From Daphnia carinata (taxonomy: Eukaryota), in the NCBI RefSeq assembly GCF_022539665.2, contig NC_081332.1, positions 5,518,001 to 5,582,000 on the forward strand: a stretch of DNA of 64,000 nt. The letters are read 5' to 3'. Positions 34,376-58,300 of this stretch are shown here, piece after piece (the stretch's first letter is position 1; each line of letters begins with the position of its first letter). A program made the translations under genes and the position numbers. The notes under the pieces are model-generated. The model saw nothing but the letters and a program-made list of their open reading frames with translations. It did not search any database and was not told the origin of the DNA.

Positions 34376-37297
34376 ATAAAAAGAAAGCAAGAAATAAAAA
34401 AACTAAACCATGAACAAGAGAGATAAAATACCAGGTATATCCCCAAACGTGTCCAGGGTATGTAGCTAGCGCCACTCGATTTGCAACGGTTCCTGTGGGC
34501 CATTGCGAGAAAAACAATCGGCCGTTCTTTTGTATTCGAATCTAATTGCATCGATACCTAGAAAAGAAAAGAATTTACACATTTAATTTTTTTTTCCCTT
34601 CTTTTGCGTTTGACCTCCGGTTTCCACCCCCACGACCTATTAACAAATTGACCAGGGTTAAAAGAGAAGAAAAAAAAAAACTAGAAAAGTCATAACTTTT
34701 TATCATGCCAACCCTCCCTTCTTCCATATTGATCTTCTCTTGTGTTCTGGAACACGAGGGGGGAAAGAAAGTTTTTTTTTTTTGTTGGATATACCTGGGG
34801 TCAAAAATGGCCGTTGATCCTTTCTCTCCCTCTTTTTTTCCAAAAGAGAAGTATATCCTGGAATGTGTGAATGAACCCCCCTCGACTATACACAAAATAA
34901 AAGGTAATTCGATGCCTCTCGAAGGGGGAACAAGATGGCGAGTTCAAGGGTCATCCAACAACAAAAAAATGGAGGGGAGAAAATGTTTTTAGGGGGGAAA
35001 AGAAAAAAAAAATATTCTCCCCCTCACCAACGAAAAAAAAAATCTAATGTTTCTTGACGGTGCAGAAGATCTATGACGTCATGGAATGTGTATTTTTTCT
35101 TCTTCGTTTTTTGTTTTTTTTTTTCAGACGCCATCAGAGATGATTTGAGGAGGGCCAATGTTTGTGTGTGTGCTGAGACGGGCAACATTCCAAAGACGGC
35201 TATGATGGTGTCGGAAACGTACGTTCTTATTTCAAAATCCAAAAAAAGAAAAGAATTAAACACACAAACACAATGTGTTTCCAGTAGAGGCTGTTGTTGT
35301 ACACAGACTTTTCGGGGGCTACTACTATTACCTACTACTGTTAAGTTCTGTGTACCCAAAACCCACTGCAGAACACAACGAGACAAAAAGATAAAAAAAA
35401 AAAAGAAAAAAATGAAGGCCCGAGGCATGGTCTTGTCATTCCGAAAAGGATATTCGAATCCATCCAACAGCATCTTTTTTTTTCTTTGCTCTTCAAGGTC
35501 TTGCTTGTTATATATTACATGGAGATGAAAAAAAAATCGACAAAAGGATACCACCCACATTAAGAAAAAAAAAAGATGTAGAAAAATTAACTGACAAGCG
35601 TCTTGAATTTTTTTTTTTTTTTTTGGTCTAAGCGGCGGCGCCACCTGTGCAGACGCCACACACAAAAAAAAAAAAAAGAAAATGGTTTCCTTGATGCGAC
35701 ATCGTCCCACTGCAACACACGCACGTACACACACACTCGTTTTTACTTACTCTATCGATTCATCTTTCTCACGTGATGGCTGCTGCTGCTGGTTTGCCTT
35801 TTGCCTGTCGGTCATGGCGTCGTCGGTCGGTTCGCCGAGGCGGCGGCAGCAGTTTTGTTCGGTTGTTTGTTTGAGAGCTTCTCTCTTTCCCCTCCCTATC
35901 CACCCTCGCCAACCCTCCATTCTTGTTGTTGGACACCGTGACGAACAACAACACAACAACCCGTCCGCCCACTTTTTTTCTCTCTCTCTCTCCCTTTTTT
36001 CCCGCTTGATCACGATGTTTTAGAAGAAAACATTAAAAAAAAAGAAAAGAACAAGATTTTCTAAATGTTGTAAAAAAAAGAAATAAAAACATGTTTTTGG
36101 TTCTTTTTTTTTCTTTTGTTAAAAGAAAACATGTTTTTTTTCTTTTTGTTTAAAAAAAAGTACACCTTAAAAAACCGTTGAGGTAATTGAAATATGAAAT
36201 GGAATTTCTTATTTTTTTTTCTTTTATCTGAATTTTTTATTTGTGTGCCCAAAAAAAGAATAGTAAATAAAGAGTTCCAGACGTCCGAGTGGCGCTACCA
36301 GTCACGTCTGTGTGCCCTTACACTACATAACAGCACAGAGTTTTATGTGCTGCCATAGGCTCGCCGGCTGGCTGCTCTACCCCCACTGGCTGTTCTAGCA
36401 AATTGCTACGTTGCCAAGTAAATTTTTTTTGTGAAACCCTCCCTCCCTCCTTGCTCTCCCCACCTCTTGCCTTGCAGAGCGCGCGCTTCTCCAGTGGTTC
36501 CTGTTGCGAGGTAGAAGAGAGACGTTCGTGTTTTTCGTTCTCTCGACGGCATTTTTTTTTTTCCTTTCGTAATTCTCTACTGCGTTCCAGACTACGAACA
36601 TTTCCTTTCCACATTTATGAAATATAAGTGTGTAGAAAAATCCGCCATTCGACAAACCAACTCGTGTCTGTGTTGCCATTTTTTCTGCGTCGTTTCGTCG
36701 ACTTGTCATGTGAAAAAAAAAAGTTTCTGCCTCCAACGGCTGCCATTTTGTTTGAGGCCTAAGAAGAATCGACGACATCGGGCCACGCACACCCAAAAAA
36801 GAAGTAAAAAACTAAACTCGTGAGGATTAAACCTTTTTTTGGGACAGTTTCTTTGTGTGTGTGTGTGAGTGTGTCTGTGTCTAGTGTGTGTGAGTGTGTA
36901 TAATATACCCAGTGTGTGTGTGTGTGTGTGTGGTGGCGCCCGAGTGGAAAGGAAGCCCCTGTATTCTATTTCCCTCCCCCCTACCCATTTCTTTTTTATT
37001 TTTTACAATGGCGGCGTGGAATTTGCCATCTTGAAAAGAAAAAAAGAAGTGGAAGAAAAAGCAACGGCGTGGTTACTGTTTAAAATGCTGTAGTGGAACA
37101 TCTATATGCAACGGCACAATTCACTGTAATTTATACGGAACAGAAACTATCGATCGCGTTCAGTGTGTGTGTGATTGATCATTCATAGCATATTGAAAAG
37201 CAAAAAACAAAATCTGCATCTGCTGTATTTTCTGGGTTAGAAGGCAAAAGAAACTTGATCGATTTTGAAACTGAATCACTCATCGTCACATCGAGGG

Positions 37298-46538
<9,241 letters not shown>

Positions 46539-49040
46539 GGGGTCATTCCCTAAAATAAAAGGGATAAAAATTGATCAACAAAAAAAAAAAATTCAAAAAA
46601 GAAGAAAAAAAAAACAAAAAAAGAAGAAAACGAAAATTAAATCCACACCACATCAACCCTTATCCACTCCCCTCGACCAATCATAGAATTTCTTCCTTTC
46701 TTTCAGCTGATCGTGATAAATTGACATTGCGCGCTTTATGATAATCACGGTGCGCTGAAATCTCTTGGTCAAGTATCTGCCACGAGAAAATAATGGCTGA
46801 TGTCTTGGCCAGACAAGGAAAAGGCTTTTGAACTGACATCAAGACCCAAACCGCGTGGCGCGCGTGTCTGTCTTTGGTTGTACGAGTGGTTATTTGCCGT
46901 TGTGGAAAAGTGTTAACTGTCTTAACAACTCAATAATGTGTATGTGTGCGAGTGCGTGTGAGCGTGTATGTACGTGTGTATAACCTTCCTCCCTTTTATG
47001 GGTTTTTTCTTTGTCTTGTATACCTCGTTCATTTTTCACTCATTGTGTCGCTGGAGTAAGTATAATTGTGTGCAAAAAAAAAAAAAACAAAAAAAAAGAC
47101 GGAAATGTATGGCAGGTCTCAACCGCTTCAATTATAATTGTAATTTTTTTAGCCCCCCCCTCAGTACAATGATTAAATATTCCTGCGTCTTGTTGTTGTT
47201 AAGAATTGCTAGCAGACGACGTAATTATGTCGCATTTATGATTTTGCTCAGGTATATTGGCGTGGTTGAATTTCCCTCCATAGAATGAATGATAGGAATT
47301 TTATTCATTACAGGTGTAATTAGTTCTTCTGAAGTTAATGTCAAAATTCCATTCTCGTTTAGCTTTTGTTATGGAAAAGTAAAATCTCTAAGAATTTAAT
47401 GTGACGAATATCAAAGCATAAATGTAAAATTATGCATACAATTAGACGTTAACCAGTTAACTAATATCTTGTGGAAATCTGAACTTGATGGATGGCGGGA
47501 ACGGGAAAGAATGGGAACCAGATTCGCGCCCATTTTCTTGCTTTTCAAAGATGGCGCCGGATCTTTGTACTAGATGGCGCGGGATAAAAGCTGTTTGGGC
47601 TATCTAGGTCCATCCGTGACTGGGATGGGTGAACAGCTGATTGATGAAATGGGGGGAAACCTTCATCAAGAGACTCCCTCTCGCCGGTGATTGATGCTGA
47701 TCTTGATGGCCGATTTCCAAAAGTTATCATCCGAGAAGAATATTATTGATGAACGATAAAGTGTTGGTCATGCGTTAAGAGTGCTTCCGAAAATTAATGT
47801 CAATGACATCTAGCGAAACTCTTCTTCACCAGATTGTTGCTTAGTCATGGTGAAAAAAAAAACGTAAAAATATATTTTGTAAAGCAATTACCGAAGACAA
47901 GCAAGTTAAAGAAGAAAACTATGCACACTGATTGCGTAATTTTCTTTTGCAAACTTATGGCAACAATGGTTTTATTGTTGCAATTATTCAAAATTGGCAT
48001 CGTCGAGAAGGCCTATCGAAGAGGCATGGTTTTCGAAAACGGAAGTCGATCTTGGCGCAACAATTAGTTCGTTCTACGCGCGGTTTCGAGAACCACGTCG
48101 ATGTGAGGCCTGTTCATTTAAACCTCGTGGTCACCGATTGTTGGCTTCTACAGGTATATACTGTTATCTAAAACCATTATGCTAGAAATGAATGTTGCTT
48201 TCCATAACGAAGTAATGATAGTAATTTGGGCGTCTACTTGAGAGTTTGGCAAATTCAGCTAGTTATTGTGTATGTATCACTGTTACAACGCAAAAAGTGA
48301 GAGCCCCCACATGGGTAGAACTTTTTGTTTATTGGCAAGTAGTGCCACAATCCCCAAACTTTCACAGTGCACTTTACTGGTATCGTATTCTTTAGTATGT
48401 GTATCATTTTTTCATTATTTGCCACGTCAGTCTAGCAACCACTTTTCATAGTTTTCATTAAGCCAACTTGCGATCTTTCACCAAAAAGCAATATAGCCTA
48501 ACGAGAATCGTTGTCAATGGCAATGGATTGTAATTAAGCGTTGCAACTCGTAACAATGATTAAATATGTATACTTGTCACCATTCTGGTTTCGTCCTGGT
48601 ACAAACATAGTCCATAACATAATGATACACAACAAATAGGAAGGAGGGTGACAAGTAATGAATTGGGATGCCTGGGCGTATATATGTGACAATGCCAAAC
48701 ATTGTATAAATGTACAAACTCATTCAAAATGTATTTTTTTTTTTTAATCATTTCTTAATTCCTTTTTTTCCATTTCTTTTTTAGAAGAGGTAATAATATA
48801 GAAACGAGATGGTGAAGGGATCGAGTTTCATCGCCGGTAAAGTTAATTATGCAATGAAAATGTGTCTAGATTACCTAGATAGTCAAATAACGCTCAATAT
48901 TGTACCACACAGGTCTCGTTTTTCTCTCAAGCGCTTCCTATCGGCTTCCAGCGAGCGTTGTTCCTATATTTACAGACCCACACGCGCCCCTCGGTTCCGG
49001 TTTCCAGCTCTTTTCCCCTTCTCCTTTCTCCCCTCAGCAA

Positions 49041-52000
49041 TCACGAACTGCGTGCCGAGACAGTCATCATCGGACATCGTGACGACACGTCTTTCGTCCA
49101 GCAAAGCGGCACCTCATTTCCACCGATTGGTAAAACAGTCCAATCGGTCGAGCAGTTCGGTTTCGTATTACCATCTACTGACGCGACTTCATTGTCTAGT
49201 TTCTCGTTGGCTATCGCTGCTGTCGACATCCATTTGGCGGCCATCATAAAGAGCAAAGTCACGAACGCTGTGTTCCACCAACTGGCCAATTGGGCGGCAC
49301 CTATTCCGCCGTTCTTCCCGTGTTGCATGGCTGCTGGCTGCTCTCCTATCAAAGGCAATCGAAAGTTTCGATTGCCGGAGACGGAAAAAGAGGCAAAAAA
49401 CGAACCAGTTTAATTGTAGAACATGCAAACAAACGGTTGTTTCAAAAGGAAAGGAAAAAACGGTGGGTGTTGGGTTAGAAAACAAGTGTCAAGTCACAGT
49501 TAACCCTGACACGCGAATCGAATGATTGCAGGCGAAATAGACGAAAATGCATGCGCTAAAAAGAAAAAGCTAGACGCTGGAAGTTGGGCACGTCCTTGAA
49601 AGAGGGAAAATTGGACTGATCAGTTAAGACGGTTGCAAATCGCTTCAGACACGGTAGAAAAGTAGAGGTCGAAAACGAAAATTGCCCTCGTTTCTGCAGT
49701 GCGCGTTTGCAATGGATACTTGAGAAACAAGAACTTTCATTTGCAGATGGAGTGGGAAGAATGAACAACTTTTGACTGGTGAAGTGGAAACCTTGGAAAC
49801 GAGGCCGGTATGAAACATGCACCAGCTCTCCTTGCACTCACTTCTCAATTACATTTTTTATTCTCTCTAGGAAAAGGTCTCTAACCTATTTTTACTGTCC
49901 ATCTTAATACCTCGTTGAGAAATCACAGGTAGATTTTACTTGCCCCGCCTTTCTCATGATTTATTTACCGGAGCAGTTCTCGGGGAACGATGGAGGACCC
50001 CAACTTGGCAAACTTTTCGTGCCAGACATTAAACTCATGTCGATGAGGTTGTTTTTATTTTTTACTTGAAAAATGGCAAGAGCACGAAGTTACTTTATTA
50101 TTATTTTTTTTTTAGGCAATGTGATGGAGAAAACAAAACCATAACAAAACGATATACTTCGTCACACACGCAGCCAAACGCACGCGAGTGTTGAAAGGGA
50201 AGGCGGAGCTTGGCCGTCGGAGAGAAAAAAAAAATTCCCCGGACGTGCAACGGAATATCTCCAGCAGCGCAAAGGGCCTTTTTTTTTTGTCCATCAAAAT
50301 CCCAATACATCATGAGCGCCGGTGACACGCCATCATTTCAAGCCTTTACCATGTTCGCCGTTTTCTACCGTGCGGAACAGGAGGGGGAGCGAAAAAACTT
50401 TTTTACGACCGACTTGTTTAGCGAAACCCACCAGTGAGTTGATGGACGTAACGGCGGGAACGGGCTAGTGTGTGACACACTCACACGCGCGCAGAGTGGG
50501 CCATAAACGTGAGTATAACAAGAGAAAGTATTTTATTTTTTAACTTCCCTTTTTTTTATTTATTTTTATTTTTCCCGTTTTTTTTTTTTTTTCTCTTCAG
50601 GAAAACTTCATCCGTGTAACGCGCCCGTTGCCTAATAAGATTGCGTTCACTCAGCTAGAATTGCCCACTGACTGGCCGACTGATTTGCCCGCGTATAACG
50701 GATCGCGCAACATTTTCCGCCATTCTGAACTCCGCGTACGGTCTGCGAGTAAGATTGTACTCGGTGCCGAAACTGGGGAGGAGCGAAACGGAACAAACGT
50801 GCGCCACTTACGAAGCGGATTGGGGAATGAAGGCAGCTATAGGCCAATTAAGCCAATTCAAGCCAGTCTTGAGAGATGACGGAATAGTGGAACAATAGAG
50901 GAATAGCTAAGGCTGTGTGCGTATGCTGAGAGGGCTGAAAGACATCTTGGTGTTTAGCTATTCCGCCAACGTTCCGTCAATATCCAAGGACGGACTTTTC
51001 GTGAAAACTCGGATAGGCAAAGGAGAGAGGGAGTGAAGAAAGAAGAAATGCGGAGCAGAGAAAACAGCTGGATGCTGTCCACCAGCTCGCTTTTGTTATT
51101 TACCATTTAGAACGTGTAGAGTGACGCTGGCCAGTTGGAGGCTAGGAGGTCCACACGAGTAGTTGCCGGCAAAGTCGGGCGTGGCAGGCGGAACGTTCAA
51201 GACGGCCAGAAGAGAATCAGGTCCCAGGCGGGTGACGCGGGCGCTCCATCCGTTTTTCGTAGCGCCTAACGGAAATTACATTGCAAATGTTCGGTATTAA
51301 GAGATGCAACTCACGAATTTGTTTGTTTTATTTTTATTTTATTTTTTACTATTTAACAAGGAGGAAATGGACATTGTCGTAAGAGACTCACCAGACGGCG
51401 CTAGTGCTGCCACCTCTTTGGATCCTTCGTACGTCCGCGATTCCTCGAGTGCCGAGCCGGCTATCCTCTCGGTTTTATGGTACCAAAAAATGTACGGTGG
51501 GGTCTCGATTAATCCTGAAATGACGCAATGCAAAGCGACTCCGCTACCGGACATGACGTATATATCCGGAGCGCCTCTGATCTCCACCTGCGGAACTGTT
51601 TGGGGTAAAAGGACGAGAAAAAATTAACATAATTCCCACTGCATCTGTAATCAATTGACGGTTAATCTGCCTCCCTCAGTGTCTTACCGACGATGTTTAA
51701 TTGATAGACGAGGCTTAGTTTGGGCTCGCTGGAAACTTGGCATTCATATTTGCCGGCGTCAGATCCGCGAACGGCTCTCAAATGCAACGTCCAAATGTCT
51801 GAATTGGCCGGATGGTGCACCTGGAAACGGCCGTCGCCGATAAAAGTGTCCGTATCGACCGTCAGTAAATGGCCGTCTTTCTTGCGCACCCAAGAGACCT
51901 AATACGGAAACGCCGAGAAAAACATGAGACGCGAGCTTTGCAACGGCCAATCAATTATAAACGCCGACTAAGGTGCACTAACTGTACGTTTCGCACGAAT

Positions 52001-52319
52001 TCCGTTTACATTTAATTAACTAGTTCCATCTTTTTTTTTTTTGGGTATTTGCAGAGTGCACATCCCCCTGGCGTGAAAATGGGAGCCTATTGGTTAAGTA
52101 CACGAACCGATTTGTTGGCCACATCCTGGACCCGGCAGACAAGATGGGCATGAGCGCCGTATTGAGTGGTCACGTTGAGTGGCAAAGACACGTCGAACGA
52201 AGGCATCGTCGCCAGCTGCTTGTTCTCGTGCGAATGGTGGACAGCCAAGCTGCCGGATTCTTTAGGACTCCATAAATCCGAAACAACGGCCACCGCTGAA
52301 ACTGACGACGGTAATTTCT
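49041..52319 (-). CDS. dpr: Dpr (defective proboscis extension response)/zig-8-like two-Ig cell-surface protein, 5'-partial; exons 52319-52108, 51898-51688, 51595-51392, 51265-51104, 49345-49041
   Basis: PSFD..NVT...AHLVCRV..NKS|VSWVRKKDGHLLTV..TFIGDGRF..WTLHL..DAGKYECQVSSEP in Ig1. Ig2 has PDIYV..GS..LHC..PPYIFWYH and AGNYSCGP..ASVTLHVLN. These are followed by the Dpr hallmark GEQPAAMQ and a hydrophobic segment. The signal-peptide exon was not found. Confidence 0.9.
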
Positions 52320-55300
52320 CTATAAGGACGAACGAACAAAAAGAAAAGGGAGGAAATTATTATTGATTTTCCATCGAATTCGACGTGTTGTTGAAACGCG
52401 ATAGCCAGCAGCTATCGACAATCTTTTTGGCTTTGCTGTCAAGCAAGCCTGTTAGCTTCGTGATTCACGATTCGTCGGCTCTACCATCGCTCCCCCCTTA
52501 TTTTATTTATTTATTTTTCTTTTGTCAAAAGCAAACCGCCAAAACGTGAAAATCGCCCTTTCAAAACGTCCATATCTGCACGTTACGTGATCAAGCAGAA
52601 AGTTCTATCTCCGTTTTTGCTTCTATATGGCAGTTCTTGCGTTCGCTCTCATCCGGCTACTCTGACGGAAAACAACTCGTTTGACGTAAAAACGTTAAAT
52701 AATTTTTCTTTTTGGCTTTTTCTTTTTTTTTTATCCCATTTTTTCTTGAAGTTAAACGTAAACATTGCAACGGATATCGAATCTAAGCAACATAGAAAGG
52801 GCTAAAGAAAAGGGCTGAATTCGCCAGAAAATGGCCGATAGCATTACTCCTTCGGGAGATTGTTATTGCGGTTGTCTAACTATGGCGTGCACGTTCCACA
52901 AAAAAAGAAAGCATCAGCAATGCAGGCCTGTCCGTGTTTTTGCTATGTCCCAACCACTCGACTCTTCTCTGTCCCTGTGTTTATTGTCAGACACACACAC
53001 ACGTCCTAAATCATTCGACATTGTTGGACGGGTCTCGATCGTGGCTCATGTCTGTCTTCATTGGGGTTAGGCAACAACTCTTGTATCTTGCGAAAAAGCC
53101 GAAATGGGTTAACACTCGTGTAATGCTATACAAAGTGGGCGAACATTTGTTTCTATTGGCCGATTGCCCGTTAAAAAAAAAAAATGGAAATTGACTAGGA
53201 TAGAAAAGAAAGGCAAACATTGGCGAAGCAATCGATTGGGCGGATGCCCCCCCAGAATTTTTCTTATTTTTCCGAAACGTGTTATTTTGTGATAAACTAG
53301 GAGAAGAAAAGGATTGTAGAGCGTTAAAAGAGGCAACAAATTTCACGGTTCACATCATTTGATATTAACATCCACTTTTGAAAAAAAAAAAAAAACGGAA
53401 AGAGGGAGAGACAACTATATCAATAAGATTGGCTGCTCCTGCTGCTGCTGAAAAGGCGGCAAAGCGTACGCGGATGTATAATCCCCCCTCTTTCCCTTTT
53501 TTAAAGAGAAGAAAACGGAAATGGAAACGAAATCGAAACCCCCCCCCTCTCTCTATTTTTCCAACGAGACGATGCGTTTCCCCCTTCCGTTTTTCGCATC
53601 ACCAACCATGTAGGCATTCATTCTTTTTCACCGTTCTTGCAGAAGACGCTCAGCTCGTTGACATGTACATACGTACACATCCATACGTCAGCCCGCGTTT
53701 GGTTGTATGTACATATGTAAAGATAAAGGGCGGACAGAAAGAAGAAAATGGGTTTGAAAAAAAAAAAGGCGTAAGAGAGAATGCACTGGATCGATAAGTC
53801 AACACTCACGCACGTCGAAGCGAACCGAGGTCGTTGCGGTCGTGTCGGTAGACGGACGTGGCGGCCCTTTTTAGATACCCATCTATCCTTCATCAGTTTG
53901 TTTGTCGTTGGCAAATAGACGAGCAACACGGCCAGTGCTCGTCTATAGAGACACAAAACTAGAACATTATCCAAGCGAAAGTGCCGCTTCGTCAGAATAA
54001 ACGTCCGACCTTTATATAAAAAGAAAGAAGGAGGACGTTTTTTTTTTCCTTTGATTTTTTCATCTTAAATCCCGATCTTCTTTTTTTCAAGTTGGACAGC
54101 TCGTAGGAAGAAAATAATTTTTGTCTTTTGTTTGGATTGCTGTAGTACGTTTGGCAACGTTGCATTTCTGCAATATGTTTGTGAGATGCGTTCAGTTGTC
54201 TGGGTACTTTAAGATAGAAAATAAAGGGGGAACTCGAAAAAAAAAAAAATTTGGCCGACTTTGATGGATTGATCACACGGCAAAGGGACTTGCTGTCAGC
54301 AGCACGTATCATTTCTTGTTGCATATCGATATTTTGTGAAGGAGGGAAAATGAAATGGTGATGTAGTTTTTCTTTTCTTTTTTTTTGTTTTATTATTTTC
54401 AGGATCCCAAACAACATATGCTGGTAAAAAGAAAAAAGGGAGCTGACTGTGCTGAAGGGGGGCTTATGCTAATCCGGCTGGAAATGTTGGTATCCACTTG
54501 GTCCGTTTGCTCCATCGCTTTATTACAGTACGGGTGATGTTCCTTCTTTTTTTTTTTTATACTTGCAAAAATAGTTAAAAGTCCATTTTTTTTTCTATCC
54601 TTTCCGTATACAATAAGAAAAATAAGTTGTTTTTTTTTTTTTGGCTTGTCAATCTATTTTGGCTAGATTTAAAACTCTCTTTTTTATGTTTTATTTAGCC
54701 GTTGTAGATACACAAAAGACATTCTTATTTTTATTGATAGGCAACAATAAAAGAAGCGGTGAAATAGGAAGATCAATTATTCATGGCCGTCTTAAAAAGC
54801 CGAAACGTTCGTCTACTCGCTTTGACGTTTCCTACCTATTCGACCGCTGCCAGTTGTAAGTAACTGATGACTCTCTCTCTTTCCTTCCTCACGAATTCAG
54901 AACTATAATAAACCCCTCCCGCTCTTGTGATGCCTCCTCATCCGTGTGTTATTTTCCCCTTTCCAGGCGGACGTGTATACGAGATTCGGATATCAAGTGT
55001 CTAGCTAAGCAGACATTCGTGTGTGCGTGTGTGTGTGTGTCTACGTTTGAATCTCTAAAATGGCAACATGCGCAATGGACGGATATGCTGTTTCCCTGAT
55101 GACTCCAAAAGGTAGGAGATACGATTTCAATACGCTAATTCGGTAAGGGAAGCACAACGGCCATATGTAAATAGAACCGTGGAATCTATGGCTTTGCAAT
55201 AATGAGACGCTTCCCACCCCCGTAGGGTGGGGCCATGTAATACAACTTAGTGATATACAAGAAACGAAAGAGTTTCAATTTTCAAAAGAAAAAGAAAAAT

Positions 55301-58300
55301 ACTTGGGATTCCTTGAATCTCAGCTATTTTCTAATCAAAAGCACCCCCCCCCCCCTTTTTTTTTTTTTTTTTTTTTCAAGCATTTCATTCTTCACAGCCT
55401 ATAGGGTTGCCCCGAAGTGAATCGAATGTCTTGGAAAAGTTTCAAATGAAAGAAAATGCTCTCAGTTTTCACGTACGCTGGTCTCGGGGCAAACAAACAA
55501 AAAAAAAAAAAAGAAATTGTATACATGCGCGTCTTCATTATTGCACTCCCACCCATTTTATTGCACGTAGGCTTGTTTTCGTTTGCTTAATGGCATAACA
55601 TGTGCGAGATGGAAAAGTCGCATTGTGAAATTCTAGAAACGAAAAGGTCGAAAGGCAAAGTTTTCAGCCTCGTCTAAACTCTTGATTACTGGAACATCTA
55701 GAAAGTAACTGGAGCTAATCGACTGTAGAGTGACAACCGTAATAGTTTGCAAGTTAGGATGCACTGAAACGACATTGACGTACGAGTGTCTCTTACCTTA
55801 AAAAAAAAAACACAATGAGGGTGGAAAAGGGGATTAAATGTTGAATTGCAAGATCTTTTTTTTTTGTTAATTACCGAGCCTTATATTTTTAAAAAATTGT
55901 AGGACCTTAGGTTTTTCATTTTTTAAAGTCGAGAGACAACGGCCAGTCCAATTAATTTAGGTCGTGCATCGCATTTCTCAAAATTCATTAGATGCTAAAC
56001 CGACGGCGCGTTTTCACTTGGCCCCATCATTTTTCTCCGTTTTTTTTCTTTTTACGTAATGAGTCGCACTCGTTGCATTTGTTAGCGTGCCCCAGTTTAG
56101 AGAAAGACTTTGACGACAACAACCCTGTGCTTCTAATTATCAACTCGGTGGGGCAGTGTTTTCTTAACCATCAACTCCCCCCCCCCCTACCCGCCACAGA
56201 GCTTCGTTTACCATTAAACGACGCGTAATCACTAGATAGATAACGAGTCCTTTGAGATGCGTCTTCCTTTCTCCTCCCGTATTTTTTTTTTTTTTATCCT
56301 TCGTTCTAATCATCTGTTCGTATGGAGGTCGGGCGGAAGTAGAAAGCGGATTTCGGATGCGTGTCTAGTCTCCCGTTTTTTATTTTTATTTTTTTTTTTA
56401 TACATGTCATGTACGCATCCGTTTGCTTGTTTGCGCATTCGAGCGCGTCTAACCGCGAAGGATAGCCAAAACGTGCACCGCAGAAACTGCGCTAACGTCA
56501 AAATAATAATGCTAATAATAAAATCATTTGTAAATAAAAGGGGACGAAACATGAAGTGACGTGCCAATGTCCCCGTGGAGGTAGAAAACTGGCAGTCAGG
56601 TCAAAAGAACGGGGGGGGGGGGACCTCCTTCGTTAAGCCAAGAGCTCAACAGAGCGCACAGTAAAGGAGTCTCTATAGTCTTTTTTACTTTTCTATCATC
56701 ATTATCATCAGCATGGCCCGATATTTATTTATTTTTTTCAAACTTTTTTTTTTTTTTGTCTTGTTCCTCTTCATGGGACAACGGCTTTACTGCAGTCTCT
56801 TTGATTTTTTTTTTCTTTCTTTCTTTTTGAAGGCGACCCATCTCCGGGTCTTACAATTCTTTTTGATGGCATTTTCTTGTGTATTAAGAAACCGGCAAGG
56901 GCTCGAGGATAAGACGAAGCAAAAAAAAAAATGTATCTAAGGGAGGTGAAGCATTGCCGGGACTTGGCCGAGTTTCAAAGTCTCTGTAGCGTCTTTGATG
57001 GTGAACAAGGCATCCAAATTCGCGTAGACGATTCACGAATAGCAAAAAGAGGGAGGAGACTCTCTTGACGAGAGAGAGAGAGAGAGATGGGCCAAAAAAA
57101 AAAGGGGGGGGGGAAGACTAAGAAGATCCGGTGAGAGCGGATCCCACGGCCTTTGGCTCGTCTAGCAATTTCGACATTTTCTCTCGTTTGTGCCTTCAAT
57201 CTCTCTCTGTGTGTGTGTGCAACTTTACGGGACTGCATGCGGCACAGCGTTGGCAAGTTAACTTTCCATCGTTCCGCGTTCGGTGTCTTACCGCCTTTCC
57301 ATTGCATCAATGCGATTTATGTTTCTATCCGTCTCGCTATCTCTCCGTTTGTCTACAGCCCTACGGACATGAATGCTGACTGTATCTATCCATACACATA
57401 CTAAGATGTATATATGTATGGATATATATATATACATTTATATTCCGCAGGCTTCTTTTTGTATACGTTTAAGACGTGTGGCATGGATCTTTGAAGAAAG
57501 GCAGCGAGAAGAAGTTGTCTTTAGCTGGGGGTGGGTGGTAGACAAAAAAAAAAAAAAAGACGTGCCCGGATTGCGAAAGGGAAGTAAAGACGTTTAAAAA
57601 AAAAAAATAGCTAGTAAAGTTTAATACTAGAATATGTGTAGCTTTTCAGCATTGCTAATCAAAGAATGCCGGTACGCATCCTCAAGAAATATCAAACGTG
57701 GCAGAAGGCAGTGGATTCGCGAGAAGCTTTTAAAAAAAAAAGGTAATTTTTATTTTTGAGAAAGAAAAAATATTGCGGCGTTATGAGTACACGCGTATGC
57801 AGCAATTTTCGAAATGGGATAACATGTCAGATTCTCGGTTGTATTGCAACACGTAGCGCGTCTTATCGATTGTATTTCTTTTGAAGTACTTTCGCGATAT
57901 TTGTTAAGGAGTTGGGCCAGGAGGTATTCTTTCATTGATTGGATCGTCACCATCTGTTTATAATCGGATTCTAATTTATTGGTTCCATAAGTAACGAGAG
58001 AAGACGGGGAAAGAATAGGCGTAGGCGATAGGGGGAGAGGGATATAGTCGTTGACGGGAATTATTGGCAAACTGACCGGCAATTTCCACGCCATTTCCTA
58101 TTGATTCGGTGATGTGTGTGCCGAGACCAATCGACTCTTGTTTTTTTTGTTTTTTTCTTCTATCCTTTAGACAAGAAGCGCACATCCTGGATGACTTGCG
58201 TGATCCGTTTCACTGACTTAAATTTCTGTTTCTACCTTTTTTTTTTTTTTATTTATTTTTTTTTATTTTCATTGAAAGATAAGAAATGAATGTCGTAAGG

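Noticed and set aside
32000..37200. Many 60-236 aa ORFs rich in F, K, C and V
   Set aside because: They are translations of poly-T, poly-A and (GT)n tracts in the 3'UTR, intergenic and promoter DNA, with no family motifs.
47470..48190. Complex, coding-looking sequence with several 60-80 aa ORFs
   Set aside because: There are stops in all frames and no recognisable domain. I cannot support a pseudogene or transposon call without a search.
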